64,000 bases of DNA from an uncultured Prochlorococcus sp. (GCA_913048245.1 CAJWWR010000003.1:376-64375), one strand, 5' to 3'. Positions 22,093-32,546 are shown, counted from the first letter of the stretch. Made by a program: numbers and translations. Notes: generated by a model from the letters alone, not told the origin.

Positions 22093-22911
22093 TTGATAAA
22101 ATTCCTGCAAGACGCAGCCGGGAAGGGTGAATTAGATCCTTGGGATATAGATGTAATAAGTGTTATCGATAGTTTTTTAGATCAATTTCATCAAACAATG
22201 GGTCATGAAAAAAATAATTCAATTTCTCTTGAGAGGGATTTATCTGAAACTAGCGAAGCTTTTTTTGCGGCCTCAGTTCTAGTTAATCTAAAGGCGCAGG
22301 TTTTAGAGGCTGATGTATTTCCTTCTGATCTAGCAGATTTTGAGGATGATATGCAAGAAATGGAGCAATCATGGATAAATCAGAGCTTTGATATGCCCCA
22401 ATATCCCGAAAAGTATCTCAGAAGGAGATCCGTTGCTAAACCTATCATTAAAAGATCAGCAACTTTAGGAGAGCTAATTAGTCAATTAGAGTCAATAGCC
22501 GAAACTATAGAAACCCAAGATATTTTATTGATGAAAAAACAAAGAAATAAGAAATATTCCAATAGAGATCTAATTAGTCAAGTGAAATCCCTTGCTCATC
22601 GTGAGAAATTACCTGAAACGACAAAAGCTTTAGGTATTTTTATAGATAAATGGGAGCAAGCTTTGCAGTGGGTTGATTTTGAATATCTAGTCTCTAAGTG
22701 GAAACAGGTCGCAAAAAAAGATTTAGATAAGGATAGGTTAGGGGTATTCTGGGCTTTACTTTTTTTATCTTCCCAAAATAAGATCGAAATGAAACAACTT
22801 ATTTCTCTTTATGGACCAATAAAAATAAAAAGAATTCTTCCAGAAGGTGGCTTAGCTCAATTACCCATTGAAAATCTGGAGGTGACAGATACTTCTCCGA
22901 CCGCTGCATAA
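22093..22911 (+). CDS. scpA: Segregation/condensation protein ScpA; true start may be upstream
   Basis: GELDPWDIDVI, SVLVNLKA, AHREKLPE, GVFWALLFLS. Confidence 0.88.
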   Translation: MIKFLQDAAGKGELDPWDIDVISVIDSFLDQFHQTMGHEKNNSISLERDLSETSEAFFAASVLVNLKAQVLEADVFPSDLADFEDDMQEMEQSWINQSFDMPQYPEKYLRRRSVAKPIIKRSATLGELISQLESIAETIETQDILLMKKQRNKKYSNRDLISQVKSLAHREKLPETTKALGIFIDKWEQALQWVDFEYLVSKWKQVAKKDLDKDRLGVFWALLFLSSQNKIEMKQLISLYGPIKIKRILPEGGLAQLPIENLEVTDTSPTAA

Positions 22912-22963
22912 AGGTTTGTGAGAATAAACGTTTAATCTTATATAAAAGAGGTCCTAAATGCCT

Positions 22964-24142
22964 ATGAAGGCGATGATACTTGCAGCTGGGAAGGGAACAC
23001 GAGTTCAACCCATTACGCATATTATTCCAAAACCTATGATTCCAATTTTACAGAAACCAGTGATGGAATTTTTGTTGGAGTTGCTAAAAGAGCATGGTTT
23101 TAAGGAAATTATGGTTAATGTTTCCCATCTCGCTGAAGAAATTGAAAATTACTTTAGAGACGGGCAGAGATTTGGGGTAGAGATTGCTTATAGTTTTGAA
23201 GGGAGAATTGAGGATGGCGAATTAATTGGAGATGCTCTTGGCTCAGCCGGCGGCCTTAAGAAGATTCAAGATTTTCAGAATTTTTTTGATGAAACATTTG
23301 TAGTTTTATGTGGAGATGCTTTGGTCGACTTAGATCTTACTGAAGCAGTTAAAAGGCACAAGAAAAAAGGCGCACTTGCTAGCTTAATCACAAAAAAAGT
23401 TCGTAAAGAAGATGTTCCGAGTTACGGAGTTGTAGTTACTGATGATAAAGGCAGAGTAAAAGCTTTTCAGGAAAAACCCTTAGTGGACGAAGCTCTCAGT
23501 GATTCTATTAATACTGGGATATATCTATTTGAACCAGAAATTTTTGATTACATACCTTCTGAAAAGAAATTCGATATTGGTGCAGATCTTTTTCCAAAAC
23601 TTGTTGAGATGGATTTACCTTTTTATGCTTTACCAATGGATTTTGAGTGGGTTGATATTGGAAAAGTTCCTGATTATTGGAAGGCAATCAGGAGTGTTTT
23701 ACAGGGTAAAGTGCGACAAGTCGAAATACCTGGGAAGGAGATTAAACCAGGTGTCTTTACTGGCTTAAATGTTGCTGCAAATTGGGATAAGGTCAATATA
23801 AAAGGTCCAGTTTATATTGGAGGTATGACGAGAATTGAGGATGGAGCGACGATTATAGGACCCACAATGATAGGACCAAGTTGTTGTATTTGTGAGGGAG
23901 CTACTATCGATAATTCAATTATTTTTGATTATTCTAAAATTGGTAAAGGTGTTCAATTAGTTGATAAGCTTGTCTTCGGAAGATATTGTGTCGGGAAAAA
24001 TGGAGATCATTTTGACTTGCAGGAGGCTTCTTTAGATTGGCTTATCACAGATTCTAGAAGAATGGATCTTACAGAACCTTCGCCTCAACAAAAGGCAATG
24101 GCTGAACTTCTGGGTTCTGACTTGATCAATATACCAGATTAA
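22964..24142 (+). CDS. cugP: Cyanobacterial UTP-glucose-1-phosphate uridylyltransferase (NDP-sugar pyrophosphorylase)
   Basis: MKAMILAAGKGTR, PKPMIPILQKPVMEF, FQEKP, WVDIG, C-terminal hexapeptide repeats. Confidence 0.85.
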   Translation: MKAMILAAGKGTRVQPITHIIPKPMIPILQKPVMEFLLELLKEHGFKEIMVNVSHLAEEIENYFRDGQRFGVEIAYSFEGRIEDGELIGDALGSAGGLKKIQDFQNFFDETFVVLCGDALVDLDLTEAVKRHKKKGALASLITKKVRKEDVPSYGVVVTDDKGRVKAFQEKPLVDEALSDSINTGIYLFEPEIFDYIPSEKKFDIGADLFPKLVEMDLPFYALPMDFEWVDIGKVPDYWKAIRSVLQGKVRQVEIPGKEIKPGVFTGLNVAANWDKVNIKGPVYIGGMTRIEDGATIIGPTMIGPSCCICEGATIDNSIIFDYSKIGKGVQLVDKLVFGRYCVGKNGDHFDLQEASLDWLITDSRRMDLTEPSPQQKAMAELLGSDLINIPD

Positions 24143-25016
24143 TTTCTGCTTTTTGTATTATCTCAGGTATTAACTGCTCACATTTTATAGCCATTATATG
24201 GACTCCTTGAGCTATTTCAATAAAATCTCTTACTTGCTCTGAGGCAATATTCATTCCTTCTTTCAAAGGGTCTTTTGATTCTTTAAGTCTATGTAATATT
24301 TTCTCGGGTATGTTTGCACCAGGTACATTGTTTTTTATGAATAGAGCATTTTTATATGATTTCAAAAGAAATACTCCAGCAATAACTGGTAAATTCATTG
24401 GCTCACTAACATTTTTACAAAAATCAATTAAATATTTTTTATCCATAATCATTTGAGTTTGAAGGAAATTTGCACCTGCTTGTTTTTTCTTAAGCGTTCT
24501 TAGCTGGAGACTACGTAAATTTTTGGAACTGGGATCAGCTGCGGCTCCTGCAAATATATTAGTTTTATTATCTACTAAAAAATCATATGAAGGATCAATA
24601 CCGTTGTTGAAATCTCTAATTTGTTGGAGTAATCTTACAGATTCAAATTCGTGTACAGGTTTTGAATTCTGTTGATCTCCCGCCTTTACTGAATCACCCG
24701 TAATACATAAAATATTTTTGATTCCTAGAGCATTTGCCCCAAGGATATCTGATTGTAAAGCAATTTTATTACGATCTCTGCAGGATATTTGCATTATTGG
24801 TTCTATCCCATTCTCTAGTAATAGTTTGGACATTGCCAAACTACACATCCTCATGACAGCCCTACTACCATCGGTTATGTTAACAGCATGTACCTTATCT
24901 TTCAAAAGTTGTGCTATCTTGAGAGATCGAATGGGGTCACCACCTCTTGGAGGCATTAATTCTGCCGTTATGACTTTAGATTTTGATTCTAAAGTTTTCT
25001 GAAGTTTTGATTTCAA
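24126..25016 (-). CDS. metF: 5,10-methylenetetrahydrofolate reductase
   Basis: ITAELMPPRG, NITDGSRA, CRDRN, ITGD, AGANFLQTQ, GVHIMA. Confidence 0.92.
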   Translation of the reverse strand: MKSKLQKTLESKSKVITAELMPPRGGDPIRSLKIAQLLKDKVHAVNITDGSRAVMRMCSLAMSKLLLENGIEPIMQISCRDRNKIALQSDILGANALGIKNILCITGDSVKAGDQQNSKPVHEFESVRLLQQIRDFNNGIDPSYDFLVDNKTNIFAGAAADPSSKNLRSLQLRTLKKKQAGANFLQTQMIMDKKYLIDFCKNVSEPMNLPVIAGVFLLKSYKNALFIKNNVPGANIPEKILHRLKESKDPLKEGMNIASEQVRDFIEIAQGVHIMAIKCEQLIPEIIQKAEINLVY

Positions 25017-25096
25017 TTGCTCTTTGTTTTTTCTAGTTGATAAACAACTGCAGTGAGACTGATAAACTTAATTACTATAAAAAAAGAACTGTTTAA

Positions 25097-25375
25097 ATGC
25101 AAATGGTTGATGAAGAACTAAACAACATTGATATGATGGGCCTCTCAACAAGAGAGATGGAAATCATTGATTTAGTTGCCGATGGTCTAACAAATCAAGA
25201 AATTGCTGTAAAGCTAACTATTAGTAAAAGAACTGTGGATAACCATGTAAGCAATATGTTTACTAAAACAGGTTCTAAGAACAGAGTTGCTTTATTAAAT
25301 TGGGCAATGGATCATGGAAAAATTTGTAGGGATGGATTTAATTGTTGCTCTCTGCCTGATTCTGATCAAGATTAA
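25097..25375 (+). CDS. pedR: Small LuxR-type redox-responsive regulator (PedR-like)
   Basis: LSTREMEIIDLVADGLTNQEIA HTH only, C-terminal HGKICRDGFNCC. Confidence 0.85.
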   Translation: MQMVDEELNNIDMMGLSTREMEIIDLVADGLTNQEIAVKLTISKRTVDNHVSNMFTKTGSKNRVALLNWAMDHGKICRDGFNCCSLPDSDQD

Positions 25376-25523
25376 TATTACCAATTTCCTCTGATTTCTC
25401 GTTCAGATTCATGAGACTATAATTTGCAGAACTTAAATCGAAAAGTTCTGCATATGCAAGACATGCATCCTTATCAGAGTTCACATATCTTAGAATTCCT
25501 TCTTTGTCATATAGACCAAACAT
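25338..25523 (-). CDS. Small hypothetical protein (61 aa)
   Basis: ATG start, fills the otherwise empty gap downstream of the CYTH gene in the same orientation; MFGLYDKEGILRY...ACLAYAELF. Confidence 0.65.
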   Translation of the reverse strand: MFGLYDKEGILRYVNSDKDACLAYAELFDLSSANYSLMNLNEKSEEIGNINLDQNQAESNN

Positions 25524-25598
25524 TTTTTTAATGATTTAGTGTATTTAAAAGGGAGATACCAATTATTAAAAGAATCTAAAGGAAAGATGGTATTTTGG

Positions 25599-26096
25599 CT
25601 AGTAGTTTAATAATCTTTCTTTGGTTTCTTTATCCCATGTATTGATAGGTTTCTCTGCAAGTTGATAGTTCGATAAACATTTTAAGCCAGATATTTCTTT
25701 TGATATGAAATGAGGTAATTCGATGAAGTCTGACTCCTTTTGAAGTTCGATTTCAGCTATTTTTAAAGGAAAGTTTGCATCTTCGAAACAATCTATTATC
25801 CATTCTTGTTGTTTATAAAGAAGATAATGCCTTTTTTTTTGAATCTTTTGGACAACATGCGACATAATGACTTTCCCTTCGGTGCAAGGTATTTCATATT
25901 CAAACTCATAATTTGAGATCCGATGAATATGTTTTTTTAATGCCAATTTATATTTTCCTTTTTCACTTCTTATCCTTATAATCCAACCTGATGCAGATGC
26001 AGCAAGATAACCTTGTTCAATGAAAGAAGATTCTTTTATGTATTCTTTCCAATTGTTACCTTTAATAAAAAATCTTCTTTCAATTTCTAATTGCAT
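25599..26096 (-). CDS. CYTH-domain (triphosphate tunnel metalloenzyme) protein
   Basis: EIERRF (ExExK-like), EQGYL, IRIR, EFEYEI, AEIEL. Confidence 0.9.
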   Translation of the reverse strand: MQLEIERRFFIKGNNWKEYIKESSFIEQGYLAASASGWIIRIRSEKGKYKLALKKHIHRISNYEFEYEIPCTEGKVIMSHVVQKIQKKRHYLLYKQQEWIIDCFEDANFPLKIAEIELQKESDFIELPHFISKEISGLKCLSNYQLAEKPINTWDKETKERLLNY

Positions 26097-27005
26097 TTAT
26101 ACATTTTTAATATTAGTTTTTGATAAATCACCTTTCCATTCAAGTTTTTGGATTAACGTACTGTAATATGTCATGTTATTTTTTAAGACTATAGTTTTAG
26201 TAATTTCAGAACTTTGCTTAATTTCGCAATATTCATATTGATTAAAAGCCTCACATTTCATTCCATCTTTCCATAATTGAATTGCCATATTTTGTTGATT
26301 GATGTTTTTAACTACTATTTTACTTGTATTGGGTACAATTATTGCTCTATTTGAGAGGCTTACTGGGCATATTGGAGAAATTATCAAGGCTTTTATCTTT
26401 GGATGCACTATGGGCCCTCCAGCGGCCATAGAGTAAGCTGTAGAGCCTGTAGGGGAAGATATTATTAGCCCATCTCCCTTGTAGTCATTAACTACTTCTT
26501 TGTCAATTTCAATTCTTATTTTGTTTGTAGATGATATCTCATCTTCTGTTGATTTAAAATAAAAATCATTTAATGCAAAATACTTCTTTTTTTTTGAATA
26601 TTGTTCTTTTGAAGTTTTTTTAAAAAGAGAACACTCAAGCATATTGCGACTATCAAACTCAAATTCATTTTTGAGTAAAAGGTCTATGAAAGATTGATCA
26701 AATAAGAACTGATTATTTTGTGTTAGGAAACCTAAATGACCTCCTACATTAAAACTTAAAATAGGAATTTTAAAATCCAATAATTCGTTGGCGGATTTTA
26801 GAACTGTTCCATCTCCACCTAAAATAATTGCTAAATCAGGTATCGTTTTTCCTAAAATTCGGTTTAGCGAATTTTGATTAAAATTACTGCTTAGTTTTAA
26901 TGAATTTATATTTCTTATTTTCAATAATTTTTCGCATTGGAGAGCTGTTTTTTTTGCAAAAGAACTATTTGATCTGTAAATAATCAGAGCTAATGAAATT
27001 TGCAT
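26097..27005 (-). CDS. nadK: NAD(+) kinase
   Basis: GGDGT, GHLGFL, ALND, DGLIISSPTGSTAYSMAAGGP. Confidence 0.95.
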   Translation of the reverse strand: MQISLALIIYRSNSSFAKKTALQCEKLLKIRNINSLKLSSNFNQNSLNRILGKTIPDLAIILGGDGTVLKSANELLDFKIPILSFNVGGHLGFLTQNNQFLFDQSFIDLLLKNEFEFDSRNMLECSLFKKTSKEQYSKKKKYFALNDFYFKSTEDEISSTNKIRIEIDKEVVNDYKGDGLIISSPTGSTAYSMAAGGPIVHPKIKALIISPICPVSLSNRAIIVPNTSKIVVKNINQQNMAIQLWKDGMKCEAFNQYEYCEIKQSSEITKTIVLKNNMTYYSTLIQKLEWKGDLSKTNIKNV

Positions 27006-27015
27006 TAAAGTTGTT

Positions 27016-27336
27016 CTACCATTTCAGTAAATTAAAACTTTCCATGTCTACTGTTACTCTATTTCGATAAAGAGATAAGAGTATGGCTAAACCCACCGCT
27101 GCTTCAGCAGCCGCTACAGTAATCACAAATATTGTGAATACTTGACCTTGAATTAAATTATTGTCTATATAAGCTGAAAAAGCCATTAGATTAATATTTA
27201 CAGCATTCAACATTAACTCAATGCTCATGAGAACTCTCACGGCATTTCGGCTATTAAGTAATCCCCAAATACCAATGCAGAATAGTAATGAAGAAACAAT
27301 TAAAAAAGCTTGGAGTGGAATTGAATCAATTGTCAT
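27016..27336 (-). CDS. ndhE: NDH-1 subunit 4L
   Basis: [24 protein letters not shown]. Confidence 0.97.
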   Translation of the reverse strand: MTIDSIPLQAFLIVSSLLFCIGIWGLLNSRNAVRVLMSIELMLNAVNINLMAFSAYIDNNLIQGQVFTIFVITVAAAEAAVGLAILLSLYRNRVTVDMESFNLLKW

Positions 27337-27351
27337 AATATTAAAAATAAT

Positions 27352-27951
27352 TTAATTCTTTTCGATAAGAATTTGTTCATTTGATTTTTCAATCAATTCT
27401 TGTTTAACAGGTAAACCAGTTGAAATGTCTTCTGACATTACATCTCTTCTGGCAAGAACTATTGCTCCTATCATTGCCATGAGAAGTAATACAGATGCTA
27501 CTTCAAATGGTAATAAATAATCGCTAAAAAGATGTTCTCCAATACGCACGGTTGCTTCTTCGCCAATCGAGCTTTCAGGATTAGCAATGTTCCACACTTT
27601 TGATAAGTCAACCCGTACGAGAAGACTTAGTAGGGTAATACAAATCAATGTAGAAATTAGCTTTCTAGAATTTAGATATTCTTTTGGTTTCAGAGATTCT
27701 TTTTTGTTAACCAACATAATGGCAAATAAAATTAAAACATTTACTGCACCTACATAAACTAAGACTTGTGCCGCCGCCACAAAACTTGCATTTAATAAAA
27801 GATATAAACCAGCTACGCTCATGAAAACACCTCCAAGTAGGAAGGCTGAATAAACTATGTTTTCAAGTAAAATTACACCAAGACTGCCAATAACAATTAT
27901 TAGAGCAAGTACACTAAAACATATAAGCTGAGTTGTAAGGGCTATTGACAT
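27352..27951 (-). CDS. ndhG: NDH-1 subunit 6
   Basis: AQVLVYVGAVNVL, LPFEVASVLLL. Confidence 0.96.
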   Translation of the reverse strand: MSIALTTQLICFSVLALIIVIGSLGVILLENIVYSAFLLGGVFMSVAGLYLLLNASFVAAAQVLVYVGAVNVLILFAIMLVNKKESLKPKEYLNSRKLISTLICITLLSLLVRVDLSKVWNIANPESSIGEEATVRIGEHLFSDYLLPFEVASVLLLMAMIGAIVLARRDVMSEDISTGLPVKQELIEKSNEQILIEKN

Positions 27952-27956
27952 TTTGG

Positions 27957-28580
27957 CTATTTTGAGGATGACTGTTGATTTCTTTCTTCAGGATTTTTAG
28001 ATATCATCCAATCCAAAACTTCTTCAGGAAGCTTTCCAGCTCTGGGGTCAGATTGTGATACTTCATGTGGATCCATTACACCCTTAGGAAGATAAGCAAG
28101 TTCTCTTAGAGCTTTTACAGATGGATCTGTTGTGACATTAGTTGGTAATCTTCCAAGAGCTACGTTATCGAAATTCAAATTGTGCCTGTCAAATGTTGCC
28201 AATTCATATTCTTCTGTCATTGATAAGCAATTGGTTGGGCAATATTCGACACAGTTGCCACAAAAAATACATACTCCAAAATCTATTGAATAGTTTCTTA
28301 ATTCTTTCTTTTTTGTTTCTTTATTCATGACCCAATCTACAACAGGTAAATTTATGGGACACACCCTAACGCAGACTTCACATGCTATGCATTTGTCAAA
28401 TTCATAATGGATCCTACCTCTATATCTCTCAGAGGGTATTAATTTTTCATACGGATATTGAACTGTTACTGGTCTTCTTCTTAGGTGGTCGAAAGTAACT
28501 GATAATCCGTCTAAAAGATATTTGCTAGCACCAATTGCATCTTTAATGTAACTATTAACTTTTTGGAAGAAATCGTTCAT
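27957..28580 (-). CDS. ndhI: NDH-1 subunit I (2x4Fe-4S)
   Basis: [12 protein letters not shown] and [12 protein letters not shown]. Confidence 0.97.
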   Translation of the reverse strand: MNDFFQKVNSYIKDAIGASKYLLDGLSVTFDHLRRRPVTVQYPYEKLIPSERYRGRIHYEFDKCIACEVCVRVCPINLPVVDWVMNKETKKKELRNYSIDFGVCIFCGNCVEYCPTNCLSMTEEYELATFDRHNLNFDNVALGRLPTNVTTDPSVKALRELAYLPKGVMDPHEVSQSDPRAGKLPEEVLDWMISKNPEERNQQSSSK

Positions 28581-28638
28581 TGAGATTTTTTTTTGATTCT
28601 AATTGATTTTTTTGAAATTTAAGTATTTCTACTTAAAA

Positions 28639-29757
28639 TTAACCTCCAAAGAATTTGGGAAGTGCAAGTTTTAGACCTGCTGTTAACAAAAGATTAGCTA
28701 AGGAAATAGGTAAAAGAAACTTCCAACCTAAATCTAATAACTGATCAATTCTAACTCTAGGAGTTGTCCATCTTAGGAGAATTGCAATGAAAACAAGAAA
28801 ATAAGCTTTCAAGATTGTCATTACAATTCCTACTGTTGCTGTGATGACTTGAATAGTTGGAGATGTCAGCGGGATTTTTAGAAATGCTGAAAAAGTTTCA
28901 ACAGGAATAGGGAACCCCCATCCTCCTAGGTAAAGAACGGAGACTAGTAAAGCTGATAAAATAAGATTTATGTAACTACCAAGATAAAATAATGCAAATT
29001 TCATGCCTGCATATTCAGTTTGGTATCCAGCAACTAATTCTTCCTCTGCTTCAGGCAAGTCAAAAGGTAGTCTTTCGCATTCTGCTAGAGCGCATATCCA
29101 AAAAATAACAAACCCAATAGGTTGTCTCCAAACATTCCAACTGAAAATACCTGCAGTATTTTGCTGGTTGACAATATCAACTGTGCTAAGAGAATTAGTC
29201 ATCATGACTATTGCTAACACAGAGAGAGCAAGAGGTATCTCGTAACTAATGGATTGAGCGGCCGCTCGAAGACCTCCTAATAGGGAATATTTATTGTTTG
29301 ATGCATAACCACTCATTAAAAGGCCTATAGGTTGGATACTACTTAACGCTATCCAGAGGAAAATACCAATACCAACATTGCTGATCATTAAATTTTGTCC
29401 GAAGGGTACTATTAACCACGAAAGTATGACAGGTACAAGAACTAATATTGGGCCAGCGGTAAACAGTAGAGAATCTGCTTTTGCGGGAATTATGTCTTCT
29501 TTAACAAGTAATTTTAATCCATCTGCTATGGGTTGCAAGACTCCTAGTGCCCCTGCATATTCAGGCCCGATACGTTGCTGAGCTGCTGCGGAAATTTTCC
29601 TTTCTAACCAAACTGTCACCAAAACACCTATTACAGCTGATATCAAAACTAATAACATTGGTAAAGGCATCCAAATTATGTGAGCTATTTGTTGGGAAAC
29701 TCCTATAGATTTGAGAATTTCGTTAAAACTATATTCAAGATCTATTCCGTTATTCAC
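28639..29757 (-). CDS. ndhA: NDH-1 subunit 1
   Basis: [33 protein letters not shown]. Confidence 0.97.
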   Translation of the reverse strand: MNNGIDLEYSFNEILKSIGVSQQIAHIIWMPLPMLLVLISAVIGVLVTVWLERKISAAAQQRIGPEYAGALGVLQPIADGLKLLVKEDIIPAKADSLLFTAGPILVLVPVILSWLIVPFGQNLMISNVGIGIFLWIALSSIQPIGLLMSGYASNNKYSLLGGLRAAAQSISYEIPLALSVLAIVMMTNSLSTVDIVNQQNTAGIFSWNVWRQPIGFVIFWICALAECERLPFDLPEAEEELVAGYQTEYAGMKFALFYLGSYINLILSALLVSVLYLGGWGFPIPVETFSAFLKIPLTSPTIQVITATVGIVMTILKAYFLVFIAILLRWTTPRVRIDQLLDLGWKFLLPISLANLLLTAGLKLALPKFFGG

Positions 29758-29840
29758 AATTTATTTTAGTTATTACATAATAGGTTAACTTGCAATACTC
29801 CAAATGTGTGTATTTTTTGCAATTGAAGATTCAGAAAGAA

Positions 29841-30983
29841 TTATCTCTGTTCCAGTGGGGTCCACTTTCTAGGCTCAGAACCTGTGTAAATTTGTGAGGG
29901 TCTAAATATCCTATTAGCACCTAACTGCTCTCTCCAATGTGCTAGCCATCCTGCAACTCTAGAGATAGCAAAAATGGGAGTGAATAAATCTCTCGGTATT
30001 CCCAGTTTTCTGTAAACTAAACCCGAGTAGAAATCTACATTTGGATATATGCCTTTTGCTCCCAATTTTGGTATTGCTTCTTTTTCTAATCTCTTTGCTA
30101 CGTCATACATCTCATCTTTCCCAAATCTATCAAATAATTCTTCAGCTAATTGTTGCAAGATAATAGCGCGTGGATCTTTTACTCTATATTCCCTATGTCC
30201 AAACCCCATGATTTTTCTTTTGTCTCTAAGAGAGTTTTCAATAAATGAAGATACGTTCTCTGGTTTATTTATGCTCTCTAACATTGCTATTACATCTTCA
30301 TTAGCACCACCATGAAGTGGCCCAGCAAGAGTCCCAACTGCTGAAGCAACAACAGCATAAGGATCAGTTAAGGTGCTTGCAGTAACTCTGGCACTGAATG
30401 TACTTGCATTAAGGCTATGTTCAGCATGAAGAATTAGACATTTGTCAAAAACTTTTGCAGCCAGTGGGTCTTGCTCCTTTTCAGTTAGCATATATAAAAA
30501 ATTTGCAGAGTAAGTCAAATCATCTCTTGGCTGAATCGGGTCATGTCCCTTTCTTATAAGCTGAAAAGCAGCAATCATTGTTGGTATTTTGGCTATTAGC
30601 CTTATTACTGCGTTGTATACATATTTAGGATCGTCTATTGCTCTTCTCGAGTAGAATAAGCCTAAAGAAGCTGCACTTGATTGAAGAGCATCCATTGGAT
30701 GTCCAGATTCAGGAAAACATTTCATCATATCTCTTACTCTGAAACTGAGCCTTCTATGCATTTGGACTTCAGCTTCAAAATCTCTTAATTCGCTGGAGGA
30801 TGGCAATTCCCCCCAGATAAGAAGAAAAGCTGTTTCTAGAAAACTACTCTTCTGTGCTAATTCGCCTATCTCATAGCCTCGATATAATAATTTACCCTTT
30901 TTCCCATCAATATCACAGATGGATGATTGAGTTACAGGGATTCCCTCTAAACCTGGTTTAAGGATTAGTTTTGAATGGTCCAA
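29841..30983 (-). CDS. gltA: Citrate synthase
   Basis: GLEGI, HAEHSLNAST, GPLHGGAN, GFGHREY, PNVDFYSG. Confidence 0.97.
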   Translation of the reverse strand: MDHSKLILKPGLEGIPVTQSSICDIDGKKGKLLYRGYEIGELAQKSSFLETAFLLIWGELPSSSELRDFEAEVQMHRRLSFRVRDMMKCFPESGHPMDALQSSAASLGLFYSRRAIDDPKYVYNAVIRLIAKIPTMIAAFQLIRKGHDPIQPRDDLTYSANFLYMLTEKEQDPLAAKVFDKCLILHAEHSLNASTFSARVTASTLTDPYAVVASAVGTLAGPLHGGANEDVIAMLESINKPENVSSFIENSLRDKRKIMGFGHREYRVKDPRAIILQQLAEELFDRFGKDEMYDVAKRLEKEAIPKLGAKGIYPNVDFYSGLVYRKLGIPRDLFTPIFAISRVAGWLAHWREQLGANRIFRPSQIYTGSEPRKWTPLEQR

Positions 30984-31094
30984 AATTATCTATCTTGATA
31001 AATATTATGTTATTACAACTAAGATAGTAAATTTAACTTATTTGAACCACAAGTAATCAAATTTGAATAATTCCTAACCCTTCAGAATGGATTA

Positions 31095-32546
31095 TCAATA
31101 AATTTTTATATTTGTTTCTAGATAGATATCTGGATATATTTCTGGAATTTGTTGATTAACAATAGCTTTAATACTTTGAATTGAAAATTTTATATATTTT
31201 CCAGTAAGCAAATTAATATCGTTTATTATTTTATAATTTTTCTGAAATTGATCTTTATTGATTTCAGTTATGAAAAACATATCGTTAAGCAATGGTTTTC
31301 GCATTTTATTCAATGCATCTTTATTGAGATAATTAATACTTTCTTCTTTTATATTTAGTCCTTTATTTAATTCTGAAATGCTATTGCTTATAATAATAAA
31401 ATCATCTGTTTCACATGAAAATAATTTGTATTTTTCTTTAAAGATAACATTATTATCAATATTTTCTAAGCTGTTTTTATACCATATTTTATAGTCTAAG
31501 TTATTAACTTTTAAGTTTTCATATTCATAGTCTTTTAAAAATTCTAAATTTTTTATATTTATGTTATTTTCTCCTTTGATGGGAATGCTGATTAGCCAAT
31601 CTTCATTACTTTTTAAAAATAATTTTTCTAGATTGGATATTTCAGCTAATTCTGCATTCAGTTTTTTTTGATTATCATTTAACTCGATAAAAGAAAAGTT
31701 TCTTAGATAACTTTCTGTTTGATCAGAATATATTAAGCTTATATTTCTATTTTGATTATTTAAAATATTTAATTCAGATATATTTGTATTTTTATTATTA
31801 TTAATTGTACCTGTTTTAAGCTTTACGATATGATTACTTGATGAAAATGTTGTTATTAGTTTTTGTTCAGTTACTTTTGTATTATCTGATTGAATTTTAT
31901 CCAAAATATGATTATTAGATATTAATAATAATTTCTCTGATTTGAATTGATTTTGTAATTTTTCTTCTAATACTTTTCTATGATCATTACTAGATTTATT
32001 TTGTGAAGATTTTATTGCATTAAGAATTAATTGTTTATTGCTAGAAAGTATTAGAAATTTATCCTCTGTAATAGTAAGATAATTAAAATAACTTGGCTCT
32101 TTTATTTCAAATAACGTATTGATATTTTCTAATTGATTAGCTATAAATTCATTATTTAATGCTTTTTCATTGAGTTTGATAATTAGAATTATTTTGTCTT
32201 CATAATCTTTTAAATCTGAAATAGACAGTAAGAATTGATTATCATAAATATCATTTAAATTTTCTTTCAAGCTTTTGCCTAGAAGGTTCAGAATACCTTC
32301 TTTTGGTATTTCCCAGTTATTATTATTTTGCTCATAAAAGTATGTCCTTAGATTATTGTTTATTTCTAAGCCATTCAAATTAGATATTAATGTTAAATCA
32401 TTATTATCTTGCCTATATTTCATGATTTCGAGAGTTGTGATGTTGGTATCTGGTAATCCTCCATTGTTGCTATGGGGCTTCATGACAAAAAAAAGGGTTG
32501 TAAAAATCGTAAAAATTATTGCTATTAGTAATATCTTGATATTCAT
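31095..32546 (-). CDS. Membrane-anchored hypothetical protein, very AT-rich and Asn-rich (possibly an eroded DUF3352-like gene)
   Basis: About 483-codon open frame; N-terminal hydrophobic stretch ILLIAIIFTIFTTLFFVM; repeated (F)LI(L/I)S(S)N-type motifs; start set at ATG 32546. Confidence 0.75.
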   Translation of the reverse strand: MNIKILLIAIIFTIFTTLFFVMKPHSNNGGLPDTNITTLEIMKYRQDNNDLTLISNLNGLEINNNLRTYFYEQNNNNWEIPKEGILNLLGKSLKENLNDIYDNQFLLSISDLKDYEDKIILIIKLNEKALNNEFIANQLENINTLFEIKEPSYFNYLTITEDKFLILSSNKQLILNAIKSSQNKSSNDHRKVLEEKLQNQFKSEKLLLISNNHILDKIQSDNTKVTEQKLITTFSSSNHIVKLKTGTINNNKNTNISELNILNNQNRNISLIYSDQTESYLRNFSFIELNDNQKKLNAELAEISNLEKLFLKSNEDWLISIPIKGENNINIKNLEFLKDYEYENLKVNNLDYKIWYKNSLENIDNNVIFKEKYKLFSCETDDFIIISNSISELNKGLNIKEESINYLNKDALNKMRKPLLNDMFFITEINKDQFQKNYKIINDINLLTGKYIKFSIQSIKAIVNQQIPEIYPDIYLETNIKIY

